Of a stretch of DNA of 64,000 nt, positions 1 through 12,290 are shown piece after piece. The number at the start of each line of letters is the position of its first letter. Position 1 is the stretch's first letter. The position numbers and the translations under genes were made by a program. Under the pieces are notes generated by a model. It ran no database searches. It had not been told where the DNA came from and saw only the letters and a program-made list of their open reading frames with translations. Location: contig NC_043015.1 of assembly GCF_006345805.1 (NCBI RefSeq), forward strand, positions 31,992,001 to 32,056,000, read 5' to 3'. This stretch comes from Octopus sinensis. Its lineage: Eukaryota.

Positions 1-170
1 CCAAGGTAAGGCCTTTTGTATTTCTTTCTCCCGTTGCTTCCCTTTTCTGTTGTCCGTTTCCTCCGTCACACTTCATCTGATATGGATCCCAGTTGAGAAC
101 CCCTGCTCGGGAAAGAGGGAAAGTAGCCAACGCTGGTGGTTTGAACTCGGTCTATGAAGGGACATAACTC

Positions 171-547
171 ATTACTCTTTACTCTACTCTTTTACTTGTT
201 TCAGTCATTTGACTGTGACCATGCTGGAGCACTGCCTTTAGTCGAGCAAATCGACCCTGGGACTTATTCTTTGTAAGCCCAGTACTTATTCTATCGGTCT
301 CTTTTGCCGAACCGCTAAGTAACGGGGACGTAAACACACCAGTATCGATTGTCAAGCAATGCTAGGGGGACACACAGACACACAAACAATACATATACAT
401 GACAGGCTTCTTTCAGTTTCCGTCTACCAAATCCACTCACAAGGCATTGGTCAGCCCGGGGCTATAGCAGAAGACACTTGCCCAAGTTGCCACGCAGTGG
501 GACTGAACCCGGAACCATGTGGTTGGTTAGCAAGCTACTTACCACAC
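171..547 (-). mobile_element. tRNA-derived SINE family A, near full length
   Basis: Reverse complement of the head (TGTGGTAAGTAGC...GGTTCAGTCCC, B-box-like), the central TTGGGCAA/TGTCTTCT block and the GAAACAAGTAAAAGAGT tail shared by more than 15 copies in the window. Confidence 0.85.
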
Positions 548-769
548 TGGCTGAATCACCCCAGGAGCTTTCAGTAAAAGGAGAAATGTCTTGTAACACA
601 GGCGCAAGACCACAGGGAGTGGGGGAGGGCGTAGTGGACTAGACTGACCCCCACCACCAATGCAGTAAGACCTTATGTTGGAGGGGGGTAGAATAGGTTG
701 ACTGCTCCAACTCAGGAGGATTGTTACTCTTTTATTCAGATTACTCTGTCAACTCAATGGTTAGAGTGT

Positions 770-995
770 CTAGCTCACGATCATGAGATAGTGAGTTCGA
801 TTCCCAGACCGGGTTGTGTGTTGTGTTCTTGAGCAAGACACTTTATTTTATGTTGCTCCAGTCCACTCAGCTGTAGAAATAGTTGCAATGTTACTTAGTG
901 TCAAGCTGTATTGGTCTTTCCCTTTCCTGGACTTGTGCCTTGGAGAGTAACTTTGTAGGTGCAATTCCATGGTCATTCATGACTGAACGGAGTCC
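770..995 (+). mobile_element. tRNA-derived SINE (family D)
   Basis: A-box-like CAATGGTTAGAG, B-box GAGTTCGATTCCC, then TTGAGCAAGACAC...GCTCCAGTCCACTCAGCTG central domain. Confidence 0.7.
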
Positions 996-1022
996 CTTAG
1001 ATTAAATTATTCACAATTTCTC

Positions 1023-1375
1023 ATTACTCTTTTACTTGTTTCAGTCATTTGCCTGTGGCCATGCTGGAGCACTGCCTTTAGCAAATCAACTCCAGTACTT
1101 ATTCTATCGGTCTCTTTTGCCGAACCTCTAAGTTATGGGGACATAAACACACCAGCATCGGTTGTCATATGTGTGTGTGCATGTGTTTGTCCCACCCAAC
1201 ATCGCTTGACAACTGATGGTGTGGTGTTTACGTCCCTGCAACTTAGCGGTTCAGCAAAAGAGACTGATAGAATAAGTACTAGGTTTCCAAAGAATAAGTC
1301 CCGGGGTCGATTTGCTTGACTAAAGGTGGTGCTCCAGCATGGCCACAGTCAAATGACAAACAAGTAAAAGAGTAT
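1023..1375. repeat. Two SINE-A 3' halves in inverted orientation (foldback)
   Basis: 1023-1167 is the reverse complement of the SINE-A 3' half found at about 1200-1375. Confidence 0.75.
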
Positions 1376-1410
1376 GCTCTGCTTCTCAAAAAAGGTTGCC
1401 CATGCTGAAT

Positions 1411-1597
1411 TTGACCCTTTGGCATTTAAACTGGCCCCAAATATTCCACTTATTTTATGTTCAACAATGTCATTCTAAAAATAAACTACCACATCCATTG
1501 AAATTTGAAAGCCGTGAGATAATGTCTAATTAATTCCGAACAATGTGAATAAATAAGCATTACAATTGACAGAATGATGTGAATGCCAAAGGGTTGA
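1411..1597. mobile_element. TTAA-flanked piggyBac-type MITE, degenerate copy
   Basis: TTGA-CCCTTTGGCATT...AATGCCAAAGGG-TTGA. Same family as 20477-20704 and 44335-44561. Confidence 0.7.
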
Positions 1598-1799
1598 GGA
1601 GCATGGGACCTAGTAAAGGTCATCTTCAGAGGAATGTACCCTCTGCGTATGTATTTGTTTGTCCTGTCGATTTGGTCTTCTAACAGCGACTGTTTTGTGT
1701 GAGTGGCTGGGGTTTATTGAGCTCAGTACAACAGGCCTCTCTATGTGAGACGATATTCTTGTATGTTTTATGAGTTTCAACCAGTAGAATGTGGCTATA

Positions 1800-1957
1800 T
1801 TAAGGCACTGCCATGTGTGGTAAGAAGCTTGCTTCCCAACCACATGGTTCCAGGTTCAGTCCCACCGCATGGCACCTTGGGCAAGTTGTCTTCTTCCATA
1901 GCCTTGTAAATAGATTTGGTAGATACAAGCCGAAAGGTTGTTGAATACATGTATATA

Positions 1958-2003
<46 letters not shown>

Positions 2004-2341
2004 CGCAGGAGTGGCTGTGTGGTAAGTAGCTTGTTTACTAACCACATGGCTCCAGGTTCAGTCCCACTGCGTGGCACCTTAGTGTCTTCTACTATAGCCT
2101 CGGGCCGACCAATGCCTTGTGTGTGGATTTGGTAGACGGAAACTGAAAGAAGCCCGTCATATATATGTATATATATATGTTTGTGTGTCTGTGTTTGTCC
2201 CCGTAACTTACCGGTTCGGCAAAAGAGACCGATAGAATAAGTACTGGGCTTACAAAAGAATAAGTCCCGGGGTCGAGTTGCTCAATTAAAGGCGGTGCTC
2301 CAGCATGGCCGCAGTCAAATGACTGAAACAAGTAAAAGAGA
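1800..2341 (+). mobile_element. SINE-A head fragment (1800-1945) plus full SINE-A (2001-2341) inserted in a (TA)n tract
   Basis: AGGCGCAGGAGTGGCTGTGTGG head at 2001, CAAGTAAAAGAG tail, and (TA)n on both sides. Confidence 0.9.
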
Positions 2342-2548
2342 ATATATATATATATATATAGTGTGTGTGTCTGCACTTGTCCCTCCCCTGCTGCTTGGTA
2401 ACCAGCACTGATGTGTTTACATCCTGTAACTTAGCAGTTTGATAATAGAGAGCCTGATGCAACTCTTTGGATCCATCAGATCTTTGTCAAACCAGTCAAC
2501 CCATCCCAATGGGGAACATGGATGTTTAAAAAGCTGGTGAGAGATGAA

Positions 2549-3161
2549 TACTATTTAATAGACACAATACACGTTTTTTATGTGCTACTAATAGTTTCAT
2601 ATGTTGAGAAATACCTGAAACATATTTTACTTTTCCCTTTTTTTAACCTTCCACGTTTTCTATAGACTTTCTTCTCAACTTTTCACATTTCTTCTGTCAT
2701 TCAATTTTTAGTTCATTATGACATCTGGTTTGTGCGTGCCCAATGAACATATTTGAGATATTTCTCAACATATGAAACCATTATTTAGCACATAAAAAAA
2801 CATGTATTGTGTCTATTAAATCCATAAATATATAAACGGCAAAATGTCTGTGTGTGTGTGTGTGTGTGTATCCTTTACAAATCCATAATTTTTTAGTTAG
2901 AGGGCTCGCACTTTCTATGGTCATTCAAAACCGTCCAAGGGTGGTCGTGCACATCTTTACATTTCGCCAGCCACTCTGCAAAGCCATTAAAAAATCAATA
3001 GAAGTGAATTTTCTATCCAAAACCCAATCAAAATGCGCCAATTGAATGCCAGCTAGCTGTATGTGATTGGTCGGAGATTTGGACAGTACTCGCGTGTATG
3101 TGCGCACGCATGCAGTTGTATATGCATGCACTAGCATTGCCGGGTCATAGTGCTAGTAGTA
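2549..3161. mobile_element. TA-flanked MITE with about 75-bp TIRs, interrupted by a Helitron
   Basis: Left TIR CTATTTAATAGACACAATACACGTTTTTTATGTGCT... matches the reverse complement of 2745-2820. The right TIR resumes as TAG|TA after 3156. Confidence 0.8.
2821..3156 (+). mobile_element. Non-autonomous Helitron
   Basis: Starts with TC after A and ends with CTAG before T. The 3' end (CTAGCATTGCCGGGTCATAGTGCTAG) resembles that of the element at 35952-36308. Confidence 0.7.
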
Positions 3162-3574
3162 TATATATTGCATGACATCCACCACATTTGTGTGTCTAAA
3201 TTTGATTCAGGCAAGGCCAAACATTTGGCCAAGATCAATTTCTAAAGCTCTGTGGAATTTCTTAGGTTAAATATATTAATGATAATAATAATAATGACTT
3301 TCACTGGCCATATCTTATTTCTTAAGCTGGCAAGCTGGAAGAATCATTAGCAGGCCAGGCCAAATGCTTAGCAGCATTTTGTCCGTCTTTACATCCTGAG
3401 TTCAAATTCTGTGGAGGTCAATTTTGGCTTTCATTCTTTCAAGGTTGATAAAACAAGTACCAGTTGAATATTGGAGATGATGTAATTGACTTATCCCTCT
3501 CCTCTGAAAATGCTGAATTTGTGCTGAAATTTCTACTTATAATAATAATAATAATAATGAAATTATTGTATACA

Positions 3575-4075
3575 GTGCTCAGGTGCACCACAACTTGTCA
3601 GAAAGTGCGTATAAAGCATATGCAGTAATGTACAGATGTCTGGAAAGCGAACAATGCATGAGTCAGATACATGCTTGTGTGTGTGTATGGAGGGGAGAAA
3701 ATCAGGTGTAGTGTTGGCGAATCTCAGGAAGCATGGACGTTTTGAAGGATGCAGTGCTCCAACAACTAACAACTGATGCCGGCTGTTTGTTCCATGCTTC
3801 AGCAACTCTTAGCATGAAAAAATGTTTCCGAAAGTCATGGAAGGAGCTGTGCTGTTTTCTGACTTTGTAAATATGTCCACGGGTGGAGTTTGAAAAGGTG
3901 CTCAGAGTTATTGTTTGTAAGATGGTTGATAATTTTATGGGTGTCTGCCAAGGCAGCTGGAATCAACATCTTACTTCCTATTCGTGTTCCAGTAGGAAAG
4001 GCTTTTGTCATTAAGGATGTGTTTAATATGACATGGGATTTCAAAATCTTCACCAACATGGCAGTGCTTGGTGGA
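3575..4075 (-). mobile_element. CR1-type LINE 3' fragment (ORF2 C-terminus)
   Basis: Minus-strand translation SNSTRGHIYKVRKQHSSFHDFRKHFFMLRVAEAWNKQPASVVSCWSTASFKTSM resembles the CR1 pattern TRGH.YK...R.HFF..RV...WN.LP. Confidence 0.75.
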
Positions 4076-5215
4076 GTTTGAATTCAGCAATGTAGACAGA
4101 CTAAATGGCCGCTAAGCATTTTGTCTGGTGTGCTACTACAACGATAACGGTAATCTCTAATAAAGGCAAAAGGCCTGGAATTTGGGGGGAGGGGGGACTA
4201 GTCTGTTACAGTCGGCATGAAAGGCAAAGTCAACCTCAGCAGAATTTGAACTCGGAACTTAGCGGCAGGCGAAATACCACTGAGCATTTCGTCCAACGTG
4301 CTAACAATTCTGTCAGCTTGCCACCTGAAACAATAATAATAATAAGTAACCATCTTTTTAATTTTGGTACAAGGCCGGGAATTTTTGTAGAGCTGGGGCT
4401 ATTTGATACCATTGACCCTGAAGGGATGAAAGGCAAAGTTGACCTTGGCAAAATTTGAACTCAATACATAAAGAACCAAAAGAAATGCAACTAAGCATTT
4501 TGTCCAATGCCCTAACAATTCTGCCAGCTTCTGTCATCGTCATTGTTTAACGTCCTCCTGCCTTAATAATAATCCTTTCTTCTAAAGGTACAAGGCCTGA
4601 AATTTCAAGGTAGGGGACTAGTTGATTACACTGACCCTGGAAGAATGAAAGGCAAAGTCGACCTCGGCGGAATTTGAACTCAGAACGTAACGGCAGGCAA
4701 AATACCTATTTCTTTACTACCCACAAGGGGCTAAACACAGAGAGGACAAATGGATTAAGTCGATTATATCAACCCCAGTGCGTAACTGGTACTTATTTAA
4801 TCAACCCCGAAAGGATGAAAGGCAAAATCGACCTCAGTGGAATTTGAACTCAGAACGTAGCAGCAGGCGAAATACCCCTAAGCATTTTGTCCAGAGTGCT
4901 AAAGGTCCTACCTGCTTACTGCTTTAAATAATAATATTCTTAATGGTTTCAAATTTGCCACAAGGGCAGCAATTTTGAGGAAGGAGATGAATCGATTACA
5001 TCAACCCCAGCGTTCAGCTGGTACTTTTTTCATCGACCCCGAGCAGATGAAAGGCAAAGTCGACCATGGCAGAATTTGAACTCAGAACGTAGCGATGGGT
5101 GAAATACCATAAAGCATTTTCTCCGGCATGCTAACAATTCTGCCAGTTTGCCACTTGGATGAAAGGCAAAGTCAACCTCAGTGGAATTTAAAACTCAGAA
5201 CTTATGAAGATGATG
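4070..5215 (-). mobile_element. Cluster of about 7 head-to-tail SINE-B units
   Basis: GAAAGGCAAAGTCGACCTCGGCGGAATTTGAACTCAGAACG-like block at about 4076, 4219, 4427, 4646, 4817, 5050 and 5161, all in one orientation. The minus strand reads TGGCAGAATCGTT (A-box-like) and GAGTTCAAATTCC (B-box-like). Confidence 0.85.
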
Positions 5216-6749
5216 ATAATAATAATAATAAACAAACACACAATTATGATGGAGATTTTTATAAATCAGAGCAAAGTTGCAGAGAAACAAATATAGTCCT
5301 GGCAATTGTGTGCGAATTGAACCTGTTAACGTGTGAGTGGGGCATGAAAAAAAAAGGTAAGTGTAAATAAAACATTTTGATCAAATCAATGTGTGTGCAT
5401 ATGTATATATATATACACGCACCCACCACATACAACCATATATTTATATACATACATATCATTCATGCACACAGACATATATATATATATATATATCAAT
5501 AGGTATACATATACAAGCATACATACATCCTCTTAGGTTTTATGTCCAATTTCCAAAAGTTTCATGGGTTAGATGGCATTTTCTGAGGCAGATATATCAT
5601 AGCCAAATGCCCTGTCTATAGTTAACCGGTCCCTGTTTCCAAATAAGCTAATATTTCTCCATGGCTGGACATGTTATCATAGAAGATCGAATGATGGTGC
5701 TTATTCACCACCATTACACTACGCCAAACGAAAGAGATGTGAATGAACACACACATATATGTGAGCTTTGTTCAGTGTCTCTACCAAATCTATTTGCAAG
5801 GATTTAGCCAGATTGGGGCTATAAGAGAAGACATTTGCCCCAAGGGTCATACAATGAGAATGAATCCAAAACGTCTTGAAAACAAACTTCTTACAACACA
5901 ACTGTGCCATCACCTACATTTACAGAATCCGCCCCCCCAAAAATGTAAACACACTTTAGGAAAGGAAAAAAAAATCTGCATAAATATTTTTTATTCAGTG
6001 TTATCACAATTTGATAAAACACCAAAAGCAGTATCTATATTTATAAGTTTTCTTTTCCTGAAGTGTGTATGCGTTTTTTGGGTGGACTCTGTATCTATGA
6101 GTGTATGTGTGTGCATCTGGACATAAAATTGTTTTTCATGGCACTGTAGAGCTATCTACTAAGAGCTTTTGGCTGACTAAAAAGCATTGAGTGGATTTGG
6201 TAGCTGAAACCTGATAGAAGCCCATTCGTGTGTGTCTGTCTTCACTCGGCTACAAGGGGGTGATGTTGCTGTTGTTTCTCTTGTAAACAAGACATCTACA
6301 GATTTTGCACTTTTGAAGACATGGCATAAGATGTCCCTTACTTGGAAAAACCTAAGAGTCGGTGACAGGAAGGGCATCCGGCTGTAAAACAAAACCTCAA
6401 CAATATATCTGTGTAACCCATAAAAGCATGGAAAACCAGATGTATGTGTATGTACACACACATATATATATATACATACATACATCTCACATACACATGC
6501 ATACACACTTATACCAGTGTCCAGTATATCAATTTAGAATTAGAAAATACCGATATATTGAAAGACTGGTATAACTGCCATATAGATATATTTAATTATG
6601 GTGGAGTTCTTGAAGGATCAAATAATTTCTTTATATAGAAAAGAAAACTACACACATACATATACATATATATATGTATAATTTTTTTTCTTTGGAGGGG
6701 AGAAGTAAGGGAGGTAAGGAAATAAACTCCTCAATAATATATAGCTGAT

Positions 6750-8960
6750 ATTTTATTTTATTGACCCTGGAAGAATGAAAGGCAAAATTGAGATCAAAGG
6801 GATTTGAAACTCAGAAGGTAATGGAACTTCTTGTTCGACGCTCAACTAATTCTGCATATCCAACAAAGGAGAAATAATAGTGAAAAAAAAAGAAGCAAAA
6901 CTTCAGGGTAAAAAAAAAACCAAAAAAACCGACAATTGCCAATTTTCCAAATATATATATTATATATACACACTCATGTATTAAATTCTATTTTTCCTGC
7001 TTGATCTTCTAAACCTATGTATGTGTGTACAGGTACAAAAGCCCTATATTTTAGGTGTCAGAGTGGCTGTGGTGAGACCCATGACTTTCGTGGCTACACC
7101 CAACAAGAATATTTATCAGTGTCTGCAGAAAGTGAAATTGCTCCGACCGAGCAGACATTACCCATGTCATAACAGCGGTTTCTTATACTGTTGCTGTACC
7201 TAGCAATGTGAAAGAACCTGGCCTCCTGCCAGACAATATAAACTGTCTTTGCTACTCCTGCTTAGTCAGGGTCATGTAGTTTTTCAGCTGCTAATAAGAG
7301 AAGCCGATGCAGAATGGTTACATTCAAGTAACAAGTCTTTTAAACATGAGGATTATTTTAAATATTGTCTCTTCTTGTCTTCCAAATCTATTTAAGGGTT
7401 ACTACACAACTCACAATAATAACAGTTTCTAAGATGCAAGGCCATATAAAATGCAGGGAGGGCCAGTTCATTAAATCAACCTCAGGTCTTCGACTGTTAC
7501 TTTATTTTATTGACCCTGGAAGAATGAAAAGCAAACCTCAACCATAGCAGGATTTGAACTTAGAACCTAAAGAGCCAAAACTAAACACCACAGGGCATCT
7601 TGTTTGACACTAATTATTCTGCTCCCTTAATAATTTCTATAATAGGCGTAAGGCCTAGAATTTGTGGGGAGGGGTATAGGTTGATTACATCGACCCCAGT
7701 GCTTGACTGGTACTTATTTTATCGACCCTGAAAGGATGAAGGGGCAAAGTCAACCCTGGCAGAATTTGAACTCAGAACGTAAAGATGGGCAAAAAAATGT
7801 CGCTAAACATTTTGCCCAGCGTGCTAACGATTCTGCCAGCTCATCGCCCTCTGCTCTCCTAATAATTTCCACCATAGGCACATAATTGGGAGGGGGGGAG
7901 GTAGGGAGAGCAACCAAATAAAAATCGAACCTTAGTATTTGACTGCTATTTCATTACAGACCCCCACCACACCCCAGAGGATGAAAGGCAAATGTTGGCT
8001 GAGGCAGGATTTGAACAGAATCAAGTGGTACTTGAGATGCTATAGATTCTGTCAACCATTATTCTAATAATAATAATAATGTTTCTTATTTAGACACAAG
8101 GCCAGCAATTTTGAAGGGGGGAGGAGGCTTAGTCAATTACAGTTATCTTAGTACTTGACTGGTTACCTTATTTCATTGATCCTGAAAGAATAAAAGGCAA
8201 TGTTGACTTTGGAGGGATTTGAACTCAGAACATAAAGAGCCACAATAAATACAAGGCATTTTTTCTACACTACTGATTCTGCCAAATGCACCATTGTCGA
8301 TAATAAGGTTTCTAATATATATAGGCACAAGTCTAGGTATTTGGGAAGGGATTAGTCAATTACATCAACCCCAGTACATGACTGGTACTTTATTTTATAG
8401 ACCCTGAAAGGATGAAAGGCAAAGTCGACCTTTGCAGGATTTGAACTCAGAACGTAAAAGTGCGGACAAATACTGCAAAGCATTTTCCCCCCCACTCTCT
8501 ACTGAGTCAGCCCATCCACTGCCGTTGATAATAATAATAATGTAGCATGAGTCCTTAATTTGTGGAGAGACAGGTGTATATAACTGAACCTATCTCAAAT
8601 CTAACAACCACAACAACTTTACAGACTCCGTGACGCTAACATTTGTAGGGGCTGAGAGGAAACTCGAATGGATCGACTCACAATACGGATAAAACTAAAT
8701 TAAGGCATTCATAATAATAATAATTTCTTGCAAAGATTTGAGGCCTCAGATTCATGGAGGAGGCTGTTAAATTCACATCTCTTTTTGTGAGTAGTTTCCT
8801 GTTGCTAAATAAGATGGTCACTAACTAATAATGTCTAACAGTGATAAGGTCACAAATGCAGAAAAAATGGCTACAACTCACCGAAATAATTTCAAGTGCT
8901 TTACTTGAAGTTAATGACCCTGGTTGGATTTGAACTCAGAATGTGACTAACTACCACTAA
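6750..8960 (-). mobile_element. Second cluster of about 7 SINE-B units
   Basis: The same block at about 6777, 7525, 7738, 7983, 8190, 8414 and 8930, same orientation, several separated by (AAT)n. Confidence 0.8.
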
Positions 8961-10574
8961 GTGTATTTGTCTGGTGAACTACCATCAGTTATTTGTAGTA
9001 GTCAAGGGAAGATGGGCACCTGCATGGCTTCCAGTTGAAAAACTATGTCATGCGAGGACTTTTAACATCTGAAATATAACCTAGACAACAGCTGTGGCTT
9101 GCTATGTACACCAAGTAAATGGGTTTCATTAACAAAGTTCAGTGCGGCAACACAATTAATACTCATTTGTACATGCTTACTCCTAAGGAAAATCCTGGTA
9201 TGAAGTGACACATGCTAGTTGTGTTATTTTTAAGAAAAAAAAAACTGGTTTATAGTCTTAGCCAGCACAACAAATGGGAACACTTGTGGGAATAGATTAA
9301 AAATAAGAAATGGCAGAATTTGAAGATCAGAAAATACTGGTTTAATAATTATCTCTTAAAATCTATACAGCTCAAAATATTGTCTTTTAGAGAATATATA
9401 TATACAGAACTAGTGCCAAATGTTTAAAATATTGCCTTTTAGAAGGAAAAAAACCCAAAAAACTGCTTAGTGTCAAATGTTAAAATAATCTGGCTTTTAA
9501 AGAATAAATACACACACCTTAACACCAACGTTAAAATGCTTTGTATTCTAAAGAATCTATATACATCTAGGTGTTGAACTTAAAAAAAAAACCAAATGAC
9601 CCAGATGGTTGGTTGATCAAATCAATTTTTGGAGTGTACTGTATGCCCCCACCCACCCCAGGAGGAAAGGGAACAGCAGATTTAGTTAAAAAGATAAATA
9701 AAGCAGTGACTTTAAGGCAGCACACAGTAAAACTGAACTAACCACTATTGATATTGAATTGTTTGTCCTGGTGCGTCAGTCAATGCAAGATGCTGCTTCT
9801 ACTGGAACCAGTATAACTGTTGCCTAATGTGATAAGTTAATGCGGCTGCTGAATTCAGTGCAGTTAATAATTGTTGCCAATATAACAGTTGCAATCGGCT
9901 GCTGCTGCTGCACTTGTGTGCAACAAATTGCATGTTGAAAGCAGTTCTAACCTTGGCCGAAAGAGGAAAGCCGTTTTAAGGCTGAGGACACTGCAAACCA
10001 GCTTTCATTCGGCCTGTGTTGTCTTCTGCTTCCGCAAACTAATAGAGAGCAAGCAGGGAGAGAAGGGTTGACAGGAGCAGGACAGGTGAGATGAGCAGCA
10101 AACAGCTCAAATGATTTAAATTAATTAAAATCCAAGGTAGTTCTTCTCTTAAGATTTATCTCCACTTGAAAAAGGTCCAAGAAAAAAATATATATATATA
10201 TAAACTCTTATAATTGGAAGCTAAATAGTTTTGTATCTTTTTTTTTTTTGTTTTGTTTTTTTATCTCCAAACGATTGAAATGTCTTTTAAGCTAAATTAA
10301 CAGTCTCTTCATTTATAAAGTGACCACATAAAAACAAGGTTTTCTGGCCAAAATGTATTCTTGTGCAAAAATACATTTACAATTTTGTTATGTGTTTATA
10401 CACACACACACAGCTTTAGCCAGCCACTCACACTCACTCACTCACTCATTAGTCTCTTGCACTCACTCACTCCTCACCAATAAGTTGGACACTGTTTTAC
10501 TTTACAACAGGCTGGACAATACTGGAATAGACCACCACCACCACCTCCACCTCTTTTCCCAACCACTTTTCACA

Positions 10575-10589
10575 TTTATTAGATTTATT
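10575..10589 (-). terminator. Candidate proximal polyadenylation signals of CAB39 (two AATAAA)
   Basis: Plus-strand TTTATT at 10575-10580 and 10584-10589, about 300 nt past the stop codon. Another lies at 10713-10718 and an ATTAAA at 9341-9346. Which one is used cannot be determined from sequence. Confidence 0.35.
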
Positions 10590-10884
10590 ATAATCTAGGT
10601 TAGCTTGAGATCCAATAATTGCTGCGATTCATCATCCTTTAATCTGCCAGCAATACAAACAAACTGCAAAATCAGCTTCATACCTCTCAAAGCTGCTGGT
10701 TGATAGTTTTTTTTTATTTGGGGGATTGGTTGGATTTTGGGGTGTGTTTTTTTTTTAGGTGCTTTTGTTATATTTAATGCTTAATTTTTCTTTTCTGTTT
10801 TTTTTTTTTGGTTGTTTTGTCCTGCATGTCATCATCTCCAGCCTCCAAGCCACCTCCTGCAAGCAGTGTGTCCCTTGCTTACTG

Positions 10885-11067
10885 TTAAGATGCTTCTACA
10901 GCTTTCAGTTCTTTAATTTGCTTTATCAAATAAGCTTTCTCGTCATTGAACTGTTCGTCTTCAGAACGGTCTGTGTGAAACTTGGTGAGGAAGTCAACTA
11001 GCTTCTCCTTATTCCTGAGTAAAATGTCAAGAATGGCTTTTGGCTTGTTGGGGTTAGCAACAAATAC
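10885..11067 (-). CDS. CAB39: CAB39 last coding exon (183 nt): [60 protein letters not shown]
   Basis: GAACAG acceptor after a CT-rich tract, TAA at 10885-10887. MO25 C-terminal motifs VFVANPNK and [15 protein letters not shown]. The exons sum to 1020 nt, i.e. 339 aa plus stop. The family is the scaffold of LKB1-STRAD and an activator of STE20 kinases. Confidence 0.97.
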   Translation of the reverse strand, partial: VFVANPNKPKAILDILLRNKEKLVDFLTKFHTDRSEDEQFNDEKAYLIKQIKELKAVEAS

Positions 11068-11214
11068 CTGTTCGAGAGAGAGAAAGAGAGAGATCGAATA
11101 TTACCGACACACAATTATGGAGACAAGAAAAAGGACTGATAAAAATGATTAAAATAATTCATGAGCTAATATAAACAAGATAAACCTTATTTAATCTTTT
11201 TTCGAAATCAAACC

Positions 11215-11570
11215 AAATTGGACGACTGGCACCCATGCCAACCTCCCGTCATTGGACACTAAACTCTGCTTGCGAAAACCTGCTGGGGCAAGTGAAATTG
11301 AACCAAATTCGACGACTGGCACATGTGTCAGTGGAGCGCTAACAGCTCCATTCGAGCAGGATCACTGCCAGAGCAGTTGTTTGGCTTCTGTGCTGGTGGC
11401 ACGTAAAAGCACCCACTACACTCTCGGAGTGGTTGGCATTAGGAAGGTCATCCAGCTGTAGAAACTCTGCCAGATCATGATTGAAGCCTGGTGCAGCCAT
11501 CTGGTTTGCCAGTCCTCAGTGAAATCGACCAAACAATGCTAGCATGGAAAGCGGACGTTAAATGATGATA
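11215..11570 (+). mobile_element. SINE-like family E copy with RTE-type (TGA)n tail
   Basis: GGTGGCACGTAAAAGCACCCACTACACTC...GCATGGAAAGCGGACGTTAAATGATGAT. Confidence 0.75.
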
Positions 11571-11634
11571 TCAAACCACTTGAGATAACCCCAGACTCTT
11601 ATGATACAAATTTCCTGTTTCAAAGAATCTAAAT

Positions 11635-12290
11635 TGGTGGTTCTCAACTGGGATCAATATAAGATTTTTGCAGGGTCCATGCAAGTAAAATATTAAATTG
11701 AGGATGCATAGAAATATATTACGGGTCCATGAAAAGATTTTGCTCCCTTCTTGGGACACAAAACTCTACTTGTGAAGACCTGTTGAGGCAAGTGAGGATC
11801 AGAATCGAAATTGATCAATGGAAATTGTAGATGTGTTACCAGTGCCGGTGGCATGTAAGAGAACCATCCGTTCGTGACCGTTGCCAGCGCTGCCCCGACT
11901 GGCCTCGTGCCGGTGGCACGTAAAAAGCACCATCCGTTCGTGTCCGTTGCAAGCCTCGCCTGGCCCCCGTGCCGGTGGCACATAAAAAGCACCATCCGTT
12001 CGTGGCCGTTTGCCAGCTCCGTCTGGCACGTAAAAAGCACCCACTACACTCGCGGAGTGGTTGGCGTTAGGAAAGGCATCCAGCCGTAGAAACACTGCCA
12101 GATCAGACTGGAGCCTGGTGCAACCCATGCCAGCATGGAAAGCGGACGCTGAATGATGATGATGATAATGATGATGTAGTTATTGCAAGAAACAGCTGGG
12201 TTTCTTTCTCAAACGTTTTACTCAGTTCAATCAACACAAGTTGTGTTGGAGAAAAAAAAAAAAAAGTCTCAATAAGGTTGAGAACCACTG
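11635..12290. mobile_element. hAT (Charlie-like) MITE with a nested family E copy (about 11745-12175)
   Basis: TIRs TGGTGGTTCTCAACT / GGTTGAGAACCACTG and an 8-bp TSD ATCTAAAT (11627-11634) versus ATCTTAAT (12291-12298). Confidence 0.75.

Noticed and set aside
2001-2080. tRNA gene calls at SINE heads (also 770, 15444, 18297, 26026, 46491)
   Set aside because: A/B boxes are present, but there is no complete cloverleaf and each continues into a multi-copy SINE body.
9410-9420. Minus-strand UUUGGCACUAG matching the 5' end of vertebrate miR-96
   Set aside because: Only 11 nt match, there is no evident precursor hairpin, it is part of a degenerate tandem, and the target-site orientation is on the non-mRNA strand.
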